Origin: Deltaproteobacteria bacterium
GTDB taxonomy: Bacteria; Desulfobacterota; Desulfobacteria; Desulfobacterales; SG8-13
DNA length: 34,378 nucleotides
Assembly (NCBI GenBank): GCA_024639205.1
Contig: JAHEIV010000002.1
Span: 1-34,378, forward strand
Reading direction: 5' to 3'
How positions within the stretch are numbered: the first letter of the stretch is position 1; every line of letters starts with the position of its first letter. Below the pieces are notes generated by a model that was not told where the DNA came from, searched no databases, and was given only the letters and a program-made list of their open reading frames with translations. Made by a program: the position numbers and the translations under genes. This document shows positions 25,039 to 33,150 of the stretch, one piece after another.

Positions 25039-27447
25039 ATGTCTGGCACGTTGAAACCAGTGAACGATCCAAGCGAGGAGTCCCAGGAAGCGGATCCGGA
25101 TCTGGCAAGCATCGATAACGATTCAAGCGAAAAGTCCCAAGAAACGGATCTGGATCTTGCAAATATCGATGTCGCTATGAACAATTTCAACCTGACCAAA
25201 GCCGGTAAGGACCAGCGGGAGCTGATTGCATTCGAGGCGTTTCTCATGGAATTGACGGAGAAACCGTCTACGGTCATCCGCAACATCTTTCAGATGTTTT
25301 ACGATATGGTCAAGCTTTACATCGGTGAGGGCCACGATGAGTATCTGGACGATCCGGAATCGATTAATTACATATCCTACGATTGCAGCAAGCTTTTTGT
25401 GGAGGGAAGCGATCACCCGTTTTTTGCGGATCGTCTTTTTGCCAACCGCCTGGTCGGCCTGGTGGAGGCCATGAAGCGCGGTGCGCAGCAGAACAAAATA
25501 TACATTTTCAAGGGCCCGCACGGCTGTGGAAAGAGCACTTTTCTAAACAATTTACTGAAAAAGTTTGAAGAGTATGCCAACACCGAAGAAGGGCTGCGCT
25601 TCGAAACCGTCTGGCGGCTGGATTGCAAGCAATTGAAGGAATATCCGGATGGTCATAACATCGCTGTTCTCGACAACCTGCTGCAGCTGCAGGACAACTT
25701 AGACAAGGATCAATATGAACTGCTGAAAGCACAGAGCGCTCTGTGGGCCACCGATGATATCATTGAAGTCCCTTGCCCCAGTCATGACAACCCGATACTG
25801 ATGATTCCCAAGGACTATCGACGGACTTTTTTCGACGATATGTTCAAAAACGACGAATTCAAATGGAAACTATACACTGAAAAAGAGTATGAGTGGGTGT
25901 TTCGCGATATTCCCTGCACCATTTGCAGCTCTTTGTATCAGGCACTGCTCGCCAGACTGAAAAGCCCACGCAAGGTGTTTGAAATGATCTGTGCCCGGCC
26001 GTATCGATTCGATCGCCGTCTGGGTGAAGGGATCAGCGTCTATAACCCGGGCGATAAACCGCTGCGAAACGGTACACTGAACAATCCAATCGTTCAAAGC
26101 CGGATCAATGCCTTCCTGCGCGACAGTAACCTGGTGAAGTACCTGTTTTCCCAATATGCCCGGACCAACAACGGCATCTATGCCCTCATGGATATCAAGA
26201 CCCACAACACGGAGCGCTTGATCGAGCTGCACAATATCATCAGTGAAGGCCTGCACAAGGTGGAAGATATAGAGGAAAACGTCAACTCTCTTCTTCTGGC
26301 CGTGATGAATCCGGAAGATCAGAAAAACATCGAGGATTTTCAATCCTTCGAGGACCGCATCGAGTATATCAATATTCCTTATGTCATGGATTTGAACACG
26401 GAGGTGGAGATCTATCGCAATATATTCGGCAAGCACATAGATGAAAGCTTTCTCCCCCGCGTGCTGCACAATTTTGCACGTGTGATCATCTCCACCCGGT
26501 TGAACAAAAAGTCCGAAGCCATGCTGGAGTGGATCGATAAGCCGGAGAAGTACAGGCTTTACTGCGACGAAAACCTGCAGCTGCTCAAAATGGAGATCTA
26601 CACCGGCTACATCCCGAAATGGCTCAGTGGTGAGGACCACAAACGACTGACCGCCAAACGCCGGCGACGGATAATTGCCGAATCAGAAACCGAAGGTGAA
26701 CAAGGCATTTCGGGACGGGATTCCATCAAGATCTTCAACGAATTTTACTCCCCGTTCGCCAAGAGCAACAAGATGATCAATATGGCGCAACTTTGCAGCT
26801 TTTTCACCAAAGCACCTAAAGAGCTGAGTAAAATGATCCCGGAAGGATTTCTTGATTCTCTCCTGCGGATGTATGATTACACGATTTTGCAGGAGGTGAA
26901 AGAATCCCTCTATTACTACAACGAAGAGCAGATTTCACGGGATATTCAAAACTACCTGTTTGCCGTCAACTTTGAACCGGGATCGATCGAAACGTGTACA
27001 TATACGGGAATGAAACTGGAAATATCCGAAGAATTTTTTGCAGGGATCGAACTGCGCCTGTTCGGACCGAAAGCAGCAGAATCCGAGCGGCGGTCGTTTC
27101 GCGAGGATACCCAGAAGGAGTACGCTTCCAAAACCCTTACTCAGGAAATCATGGTGGAGGGCAAGTCGATTACCGAGACAAACATATACGACGAGCTGCA
27201 CGAGCGCTATGTCCACTACCTGAAAGAAAAGGTGCTGGATCCTTTTCTGGAAAATGAGAATTTCCGGCGGGCCATAAAGGACTATCGAGAAGAAGACTTT
27301 AAAGCTTACGACAAAAAGATTCGCGAAGACGTCAGCTACCTGATCCGCAATCTGTGCGACAATTTGAACTACACCGAACAGGGGGCGCAGGAGGTCTGCA
27401 TCTATGTGATCGACAGCGACCTGGCACGCAAATTCACCGATTCCTAA
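25039..27447 (+). CDS. Second, divergent PrkA-like AAA protein (802 aa) with acidic N-terminal repeat extension
   Basis: Walker A GPHGCGKS. Overall layout parallels the first PrkA, and the C-terminal block ISEEFFAGIELRLFG..RRSFRED aligns by eye with IDERFINSIEERLG..RETFRTS of PrkA1. RBS GGGGGGAAT. Lies 52 nt after spoVR. Confidence 0.7.
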   Translation: MSGTLKPVNDPSEESQEADPDLASIDNDSSEKSQETDLDLANIDVAMNNFNLTKAGKDQRELIAFEAFLMELTEKPSTVIRNIFQMFYDMVKLYIGEGHDEYLDDPESINYISYDCSKLFVEGSDHPFFADRLFANRLVGLVEAMKRGAQQNKIYIFKGPHGCGKSTFLNNLLKKFEEYANTEEGLRFETVWRLDCKQLKEYPDGHNIAVLDNLLQLQDNLDKDQYELLKAQSALWATDDIIEVPCPSHDNPILMIPKDYRRTFFDDMFKNDEFKWKLYTEKEYEWVFRDIPCTICSSLYQALLARLKSPRKVFEMICARPYRFDRRLGEGISVYNPGDKPLRNGTLNNPIVQSRINAFLRDSNLVKYLFSQYARTNNGIYALMDIKTHNTERLIELHNIISEGLHKVEDIEENVNSLLLAVMNPEDQKNIEDFQSFEDRIEYINIPYVMDLNTEVEIYRNIFGKHIDESFLPRVLHNFARVIISTRLNKKSEAMLEWIDKPEKYRLYCDENLQLLKMEIYTGYIPKWLSGEDHKRLTAKRRRRIIAESETEGEQGISGRDSIKIFNEFYSPFAKSNKMINMAQLCSFFTKAPKELSKMIPEGFLDSLLRMYDYTILQEVKESLYYYNEEQISRDIQNYLFAVNFEPGSIETCTYTGMKLEISEEFFAGIELRLFGPKAAESERRSFREDTQKEYASKTLTQEIMVEGKSITETNIYDELHERYVHYLKEKVLDPFLENENFRRAIKDYREEDFKAYDKKIREDVSYLIRNLCDNLNYTEQGAQEVCIYVIDSDLARKFTDS
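25072..25179 (+). repeat. Tandem 54-nt (18-aa) direct repeat x2 inside the 5' end of the PrkA2 gene
   Basis: SEESQEADPDLASIDNDS / SEKSQETDLDLANIDVAM. By hand count, 37 of the first 45 nt are identical between units (25072-25125 vs 25126-25179). Confidence 0.7.
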
Positions 27448-27453
27448 ATGGCT

Positions 27454-27470
27454 TGCCGATTCGATCGGCA
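27454..27470. terminator. Hairpin between convergent transcription units (possible bidirectional terminator)
   Basis: TGCCGAT-TCG-ATCGGCA, a perfect 7-bp stem, begins 7 nt after the PrkA2 stop and lies downstream of the minus-strand small ORF. There is no clear U-tract. Confidence 0.3.
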
Positions 27471-27550
27471 TTGCTGCACGCCGGTGCTTTCACGACAACT
27501 CGATGCCGCAGCACCCGCCGTCTTCGGGGCACGATGTTTGTTTTCCTTCA

Positions 27551-27727
27551 TCAATGGCTCATCTGGGCCTTGAGACAATCGCAGTATTCCTCGAAAACAA
27601 AATACATGCATTTGGCAGCATGGCAGGATTTTTCATAGTAGCGACATTCCTGCTGCTTCTGGGCACTCTCGGCCGTACAGATGGACATGATCTCTTTTTT
27701 ACAATAACTGGTTGTTGCTTCCTGCAT
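27551..27727 (-). CDS. Candidate Cys-rich small protein (45-63 aa depending on start)
   Basis: Minus-strand ORF MQEATTSYCKKEIMSICTAESAQKQQECRYYEKSCHAAKCMYFVFEEYCDCLKAQMSH has 7 Cys and 2 His in 58 aa. Codon third positions look like the neighbouring genes. Alternative starts are GTG 27742 and ATG 27688 (AAGAGA 4 nt upstream). Same strand as, and downstream of, the FixH-like/DsbD_2 pair. No family recognised. Confidence 0.3.
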   Translation of the reverse strand: MQEATTSYCKKEIMSICTAESAQKQQECRYYEKSCHAAKCMYFVFEEYCDCLKAQMSH

Positions 27728-27889
27728 AACAAGCACCTGCACTCCTTGCAGATTTCGGCGAGCAGCTGGCCCGCGCGAGGACGGCGGGAGCCCCTGCTCC
27801 TATATGTTATATTGGCACCGCTGCTGGATTCCTTTAATGAAAAAACCACACGATAGCGCAGGCATTGCGAAAGTCTGCCGGATGGAGAT

Positions 27890-28582
27890 TCAGTATTGAA
27901 CAGCTTTGTAAATGAAGTAAAATCCGACGATGATCATCAGCACTGCCCCGACCTTGTATATCAACTGCCGCGATCTCAGCCAGCCGATACCTGCCAGCCG
28001 TGATACAACCAGAAGGGCCGGAACCGTTCCGATTCCGAACGCACCCATGAGCACCATTCCGATCAACGCCCCCGCGGTCGGCGAGTCGGCTTCCATGCCG
28101 GCCCTGGCTGCGGCCAGCAAGGCGGTGTACACCGGCCCGCAAGGCAGCAAGCCGAGCAGCAAGCCAAGAGGAAGGTATGCAAGGGTTGATTGAAGGCGTG
28201 TCAATCGCTGAAATCCGCCCGAGACCAGCCTGCCGAAACGATCGCTGTCACCGAAAATCCGGCCCAGGGGGAGCCAGTCGCTCATCGCCAGCCCCATGAT
28301 AACGATCAGGACACCGGCAAAAATCAGCACAATCTTCTGAATACCGGCGATGTTGGCGGTGATGGCCGTAAAGGAGCCGGTGGCACCCAAGATGGCGCCC
28401 AAAACGGCATAGGTGACCACCCGGCCTGCGTTATACAGTAGATGGGGGATCCAGGTGCTCTCGTTTTTTCGGCCCAGCGACAGCGACACTACGATCGGAC
28501 CGCACATGCCGATGCAGTGCCCAAATCCGACGGCAAACCCGGTGGAAAAGTAAAAGATTAACAGTGTCTCAGTAGATGACAT
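27890..28582 (-). CDS. DsbD_2 / TauE-SafE-like polytopic membrane protein with HCxxMCGP motif
   Basis: 230-aa protein with about 6 TM. N-terminal GFGHCIGMCGPIV motif is characteristic of the DsbD_2 family, often annotated as sulfite exporter TauE/SafE. As I recall, that family sits next to FixH in Bacteroidetes-type cbb3 clusters. Start overlaps the upstream gene by 14 nt. Confidence 0.7.
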   Translation of the reverse strand: MSSTETLLIFYFSTGFAVGFGHCIGMCGPIVVSLSLGRKNESTWIPHLLYNAGRVVTYAVLGAILGATGSFTAITANIAGIQKIVLIFAGVLIVIMGLAMSDWLPLGRIFGDSDRFGRLVSGGFQRLTRLQSTLAYLPLGLLLGLLPCGPVYTALLAAARAGMEADSPTAGALIGMVLMGAFGIGTVPALLVVSRLAGIGWLRSRQLIYKVGAVLMIIVGFYFIYKAVQY

Positions 28583-29030
28583 CGAAAACGAACCTCACCG
28601 CACCCACATCCGGCAGCGTTACGGTCGCCTGCCAGATTTTTCTGCCGCTCGGACATCGGACAATGACTCCAGCGCCTTCATATACCGATAATCCGACGGG
28701 CTTCAGCAGCACCTGGTTCGGTCCCATATTCATGCCCGGCATACCCAGATCGATAAAAGGGGCTTTTTCCGGGTTTGCGAATTTCCCGGTTAGCGATACC
28801 CGGAAGAGCAGATCGGTCATGGCCTTCACGGGTCGGGGTTCCACCTCCAGACGGACATCCGTGCCTTGCAGTTGCTGCGTGCAGGTGCCGCTGTGAAGTT
28901 CGCAGTTCACCAGGTGCTGGTACTTATCAACGGCTTGGGAATCGACAGGGAAAAAAGCGGTGGGTATCAGCAGCAGAAAAACAATCCACACGGGTACGGC
29001 AATTCGATTGGCAGCGGTCAGACTTCCCAT
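28569..29030 (-). CDS. FixH/YtkA-like domain protein, membrane-anchored
   Basis: Preferred start is ATG 29030 with GGAGAA RBS (GGAGAATGAGATG). The longer track ORF (to 29225) adds a non-protein-like N-terminus. It has a signal anchor IAVPVWIVFLLLIP. The beta-rich domain has LGMPGMNMGPN...VYEGAGVI..CPSGRKIWQATV, resembling the YtkA/FixH fold motifs (M.M.MG..., G.W). Confidence 0.55.
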   Translation of the reverse strand: MGSLTAANRIAVPVWIVFLLLIPTAFFPVDSQAVDKYQHLVNCELHSGTCTQQLQGTDVRLEVEPRPVKAMTDLLFRVSLTGKFANPEKAPFIDLGMPGMNMGPNQVLLKPVGLSVYEGAGVIVRCPSGRKIWQATVTLPDVGAVRFVFDVIY

Positions 29031-29282
29031 CTCATTCTCCTTCGCGCTTTGTTTGGTCTGGATGAAACACTGCCTACAACACAAACCAGCTGACATCAAG
29101 GGCTTTCGAGCTGCTTTTTCCGATTGTTGCCGGTCACATGCCCGCATCGAATTACTCGGTTTAGCTCTTCCATCTGGCCCTGCCGTGATTACTCTGGTAT
29201 AGGAAAAAGGACAATCAGTTGCCACGTAAAACCAGCAAAGAGCACTATAACACCATCACATCGCAAAATCGGGAGTTCAAAC

Positions 29283-30095
29283 ATGCCGCCCGGACAAGAT
29301 ATTTGGGGTGATAAACGAAGCAGAGAGGCGCATTACGATCAATTCATCGATTTGGACAATACGGCCAACTACGGTTACTCGAAAATAGACGCAGACGAAA
29401 AAACCGAGCAGGTAGTTCGCCACTTCAATTCCGTTGCCCGCCAGTACGATTTTATGAACACACTGCTGAGTTTCGGGATTCACTACCTGTGGAAACGAAC
29501 GGCCGTCAAACTGCTCGGACTGATTGCCGGCGATCGGGTGCTCGATGTTTGCGGCGGAACCGGAGATCTGTCGATATTGGCCGTTCGGGCAGTGGGTCCG
29601 GCAGGGCAAGTTGCCCTGTTCGACATCAATCGGGCGATGATGGACGCTGGACGAGCCAAAAACACCAACACCGGCGCCAGGAGGCAGATTCAATTCGTTC
29701 AGGGTAATGCCGAGCAAATCTCATTCCCGGATGAAACCTTCGACGCGGTCATGGTCGGATTCGGTATCCGCAACGTTACGCACATGGAGCAGGGCTTCCG
29801 GGAGATGCACCGGGTGCTTAAAAAAGGCGGCAAGATGATGTGCCTGGAGTTCTCCAAGCCTACCAACCCCTTGTTTCGCTGGTTCTACGATCTGTACTCT
29901 ATGCACGCAATGCCCCTGCTGGGACAGGTTCTGGCCGGAACCCGGCAAGCATACACCCACCTGCCGGAGTCCATTCGCATGTTTCCGCTGGCAGACGAAC
30001 TGGCAGCGGTGCTCGGGCGAATCGGCTTTGAGGATGTGACCTACCGGCGGTTGACCAACGGGATTGCCGTCATTCATATTGGCCACCGCAGTTGA
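29283..30095 (+). CDS. ubiE: Demethylmenaquinone/ubiquinone C-methyltransferase UbiE/MenG
   Basis: VARQYDFMNTLLSFGIHYLWKR (the UbiE YD.MN...S.G.H..W block). SAM motif VLDVCGGTGDL. Start ATG 29283 with GGGAG RBS; the track start 29124 adds an implausible 53-aa extension. Confidence 0.85.
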   Translation: MPPGQDIWGDKRSREAHYDQFIDLDNTANYGYSKIDADEKTEQVVRHFNSVARQYDFMNTLLSFGIHYLWKRTAVKLLGLIAGDRVLDVCGGTGDLSILAVRAVGPAGQVALFDINRAMMDAGRAKNTNTGARRQIQFVQGNAEQISFPDETFDAVMVGFGIRNVTHMEQGFREMHRVLKKGGKMMCLEFSKPTNPLFRWFYDLYSMHAMPLLGQVLAGTRQAYTHLPESIRMFPLADELAAVLGRIGFEDVTYRRLTNGIAVIHIGHRS

Positions 30096-30287
30096 TCTTT
30101 CGGTGAGCAGTCGCCCTGCGGCCACCGATTCGAGGAAACGGTGATAGACGCCAGGGATGAGCTGGACTGCTCTCCGGTGAAATGCATCGGGGCGCCGGAG
30201 AGGCTGTTTTATATTACAAGTCGCATTCGCTCAGTTGTTTTCACCACACCCCGGCTGCCCTGGAAATGCAATAAGCGGGAGGAATCC

Positions 30288-31265
30288 TTGGGACTTGCCT
30301 TTGTGACCGGTGGCACCGGATTCATTGGACGCAACCTCATCGAGCGGCTTCTGGCACAAGACTGGCAGGTGGTGGCATTGCATCGCCGCACTTCCAACAC
30401 ACAACCGCTGAAAATGCCGGGAGTAAAGCGGGTCGAAGGATCCATCACCGATCCGGAGTCTTTGCTGCGGGCTATGCCGGAACAACCCGACGTTGTTTTT
30501 CACCTTGCGGCCAGCACCAACATGTGGTCGCCACGCAATCAGCAGCAAACCCGGGTGAACGTCGAAGGATCCCGCAACATAGCCACAACGGCCCTTCGGC
30601 GCAAAGCCGGCCGCTTCATCCACACCTCCTCTATCGCCGCATTCGGTTTTCACCGTGAGCGCATCACCGAGGAAACGCCATCAACGGCTTCCGACAGCTG
30701 GGTTAACTATATGCGCACCAAGCGGCTGGCCGAACTGCAGGTTCAGCAGGCCGTCGAAAGCGGATTGGATGCTGTGGTGGTCAATCCTGCAAATGTCATC
30801 GGGGCCTACGATCGGCGAAACTGGGGCGGCATCATTCGCCAGCTTGCCCGGGGGGATCTTCCCGGTTTACCCGCAGGTGAAGCGAGCTTTTGCCATGTAG
30901 ACTCGGTGGCGAAAGCCCTTATCGCGGCATACCACAGGGGTGGCTGCGGAAATCACTATCTTCTCGGCGGAGCGGATGCATCTTATCTGTCGATGGCCCG
31001 CCAGGCGGGGGAATTGCTCGGATGTCGCGTACCGGGAAAGGCCATGCCCGACTGGTTTCTGCGCGCGATGGCACGCGTTTTTCTCTTATTTTCATACGTG
31101 AGCCGAAAAGAACCCTTGTTGACTCCCGAAAAAGTTGCTTTCAGTACCGGTCGATTAATTTGCAGTTCGGAAAAAGCGGTGCGGGAATTAGACTACCGGC
31201 CGATTCCGCTCGGAGAGATGCTCGAAGATTGCATCCGGTGGCTGCGGGATGAAGAACTGCTGTAG
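30288..31265 (+). CDS. NAD(P)-dependent epimerase/dehydratase-family SDR (HpnA/dihydroflavonol-reductase-like)
   Basis: Rossmann motif FVTGGTGFIGRNL sits at the N-terminus if the TTG 30288 start is used (GGGAGGA RBS at 30277-30283). YxxxK as YMRTKRL. The upstream 49 codons of the track ORF contain no ATG and precede the RBS. Confidence 0.8.
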   Translation: MGLAFVTGGTGFIGRNLIERLLAQDWQVVALHRRTSNTQPLKMPGVKRVEGSITDPESLLRAMPEQPDVVFHLAASTNMWSPRNQQQTRVNVEGSRNIATTALRRKAGRFIHTSSIAAFGFHRERITEETPSTASDSWVNYMRTKRLAELQVQQAVESGLDAVVVNPANVIGAYDRRNWGGIIRQLARGDLPGLPAGEASFCHVDSVAKALIAAYHRGGCGNHYLLGGADASYLSMARQAGELLGCRVPGKAMPDWFLRAMARVFLLFSYVSRKEPLLTPEKVAFSTGRLICSSEKAVRELDYRPIPLGEMLEDCIRWLRDEELL

Positions 31266-31335
31266 CGAAACCATGACTATGGAAGATCATTTGACACAGA
31301 GGCGAACGGGCAAGTGCTGAGTGATCTACGGTAGT

Positions 31336-32301
31336 TTATAATGGCGAACTGCTCTCGCGTTCCAGCACGCCTGTCAAACATCCAACCGCGCCGGCGGCCT
31401 TGGCCAGCTCGTCCAATTCCACCTCCCGGCAAACGATGCCGAGATTTTCGTAAAAGGACCGGGTTATCGGATTTCCAGCCGGCATCAGGATCTGCCGTGG
31501 TCCCAGCGTCGCGAAATTCAGAGCGAAACCGTTACGGGCCTCGTTTTCGTCTGGAATCATAGCCACCTCGTAACCGCGGTCTTTCAACAATTGCACGGCG
31601 GAGCGATCCAGGCGGCGTGGCCAGGCCAGGGCGAGATTTCGATCGGCAAAGCGCAGAATGCCCATCAGGTGCATGGCCCCACGAGGAAGATCGGTTTCGA
31701 TGACCGTCACCCCGATGTCTGCAAGGATCGCCGACACCTGATATGCGCCTTGTGCATTGGTGCGCAATCCCAGCCCCACCAAAACCGTGCGGTTGTCGAG
31801 CCAGGCGGCGTCTGCACCTTCAAAGACCCCCCGACCGCCGATGGTTCGCAGTATCGGAATTCCCAGCTCGGCCAGTTTGCGGGCCACCCACCGTTCTTCA
31901 CCGGCTCGCACGGTGGAGGCCGGACGGGCTACGATAGCTCCCTCGGGAGTCATCACCATTAAATCGGCGACGAACATCTGGTTCGGTGTCACCGTGTTCG
32001 GGGGTTTAAGGTAGATCACCCGCACCCCTGCCTTTTCATATGCACGCACAAGGGCATCGTGCTGTCCGGCCGCTCGCAGTGGATCCGGCTTGGCAAGCAT
32101 CTGAACATCGTTGGGAAGCGATCCGTTTTCGAGTTCTACCCCCGGCCGGTGGAGCAAAACGGTTTTCAGCGGCGACCATTCATTCGATATGCCGCACAGT
32201 CCCCAGATGTCACCAATCTCCTCTTGCATCGACGACCGGCGCGGTGACCACCCGTCACCCCCGTAAGCCGACATGATGTCAACCGACTTGAATTTCGACA
32301 T
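31336..32301 (-). CDS. Amidinotransferase-superfamily enzyme (arginine deiminase / DDAH-like)
   Basis: N-terminal EEIGDIWGLCGISNEWSPLKTVLLHRPG and C-terminal AAGAVGCLTGVLERE (catalytic Cys context) resemble guanidino-group-modifying enzymes. GGGAGGG lies upstream of the ATG. Confidence 0.7.
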   Translation of the reverse strand: MSKFKSVDIMSAYGGDGWSPRRSSMQEEIGDIWGLCGISNEWSPLKTVLLHRPGVELENGSLPNDVQMLAKPDPLRAAGQHDALVRAYEKAGVRVIYLKPPNTVTPNQMFVADLMVMTPEGAIVARPASTVRAGEERWVARKLAELGIPILRTIGGRGVFEGADAAWLDNRTVLVGLGLRTNAQGAYQVSAILADIGVTVIETDLPRGAMHLMGILRFADRNLALAWPRRLDRSAVQLLKDRGYEVAMIPDENEARNGFALNFATLGPRQILMPAGNPITRSFYENLGIVCREVELDELAKAAGAVGCLTGVLERESSSPL

Positions 32302-32448
32302 CGATTCGCATACCCTCCCTTGGATGATGTTCGGTTGCTGCCGGACAAAACCGGCCTTTCGGTATTACGGTAAACAACGGGCAGAAGCAAGTTCAATGTG
32401 CAGGGTTGCTGCCGATACGTTTACCAATTTAGCGGCGGTTTCACTTGC

Positions 32449-32478
32449 TTGTTTTTGCCCGAGACGGTGTGCTATAAG
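32449..32478 (+). promoter_or_regulatory. Sigma70-like promoter with extended -10 for the lipoprotein gene
   Basis: TTGTTT (32449-32454), 18-nt spacer, TGcTATAAG (TATAAG at 32473-32478). Confidence 0.35.
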
Positions 32479-32558
32479 AGGGTTTCGATAAAATCGGATA
32501 TCCGATGGTAGCAAACCAAAAAACGGACGGGTAAAGAATACAAAAAAAAGGAGGCAAC

Positions 32559-33122
32559 ATGAGAGCACTTTCCATTGGCTTGGTCTTTGTTTTGCTGGGG
32601 GTGATCGGATTGATCGGCTGTGCACCCAAGAGCGCTATCGATCTAAAATACGAGCCGACCGGCATCAATCTGGAACCTTGTCCGGGGAGCATTGCGGTCG
32701 TTGAGCTGGCGGACAAGCGGCCCCAATCCGCTATTGGGGAAACCAAAGACGGCGAATCGTTTTATGCAAAGACCTCGGTAACCGAATGGGTATCCAGGGC
32801 CCTGTACGACGAGCTATTAGGCGGAGGTTGCCAGGTGGAATACCACCAAAAAAAATACAAATTCGATACGGATTTTACGCTTACCGGAGATATTGAAGAA
32901 ATTTTCGTGAGACAGAAATCCCTGTCGGACTATGCTGCCTCCATGAAGTTGCGGATTGCAGCTACCGCTGGCGGAAACAAAGTGTACGGCAAGACTTTTA
33001 CCAGCACACTGGGTAAAACCACGGTTCCCTCTCCGGGTGTCAACACCAAAGTGCTGTCCGAGTTGCTGCAGGGAATGATGCGCGAGTTGGTGCCGGAGGT
33101 GCGGGACAGCTTGAAAAAATGA
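32559..33122 (+). CDS. Lipoprotein (possibly YajG-like)
   Basis: Signal peptide with lipobox LIGC (MRALSIGLVFVLLGVIGLIGC). Perfect AGGAGG RBS. Size and alternating beta/alpha pattern resemble YajG-type lipoproteins; this is low-certainty recall. Confidence 0.6.
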   Translation: MRALSIGLVFVLLGVIGLIGCAPKSAIDLKYEPTGINLEPCPGSIAVVELADKRPQSAIGETKDGESFYAKTSVTEWVSRALYDELLGGGCQVEYHQKKYKFDTDFTLTGDIEEIFVRQKSLSDYAASMKLRIAATAGGNKVYGKTFTSTLGKTTVPSPGVNTKVLSELLQGMMRELVPEVRDSLKK

Positions 33123-33150
33123 CAACCGGCAGTTCACGGTCCTCCGAAGC

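Noticed and set aside
21739-26640. Antisense ORFs of 256-327 aa opposite yeaH (21739-22608), spoVR (23115-24098) and prkA2 (25870-26640).
   Set aside because: No motifs, and each is nested in a well-supported + strand gene of a conserved syntenic trio. They are probably chance open frames caused by codon bias.
27503-27856. 117-aa + strand ORF and 96-aa minus-strand ORF (27559-27849) in the 27.5-27.9 kb gap.
   Set aside because: Neither has an RBS or a recognisable domain, and the 96-aa frame is Arg/Ser-rich. Only the Cys-rich minus frame shows a coherent residue pattern, and it is reported separately at low confidence.
29031-29282. N-terminal extensions offered by the ORF track for the FixH-like gene (to 29225) and for ubiE (from 29124).
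   Set aside because: The extensions overlap each other on opposite strands and are non-protein-like. Each is bypassed by an internal ATG with a good RBS (29030 and 29283) that gives family-typical lengths.
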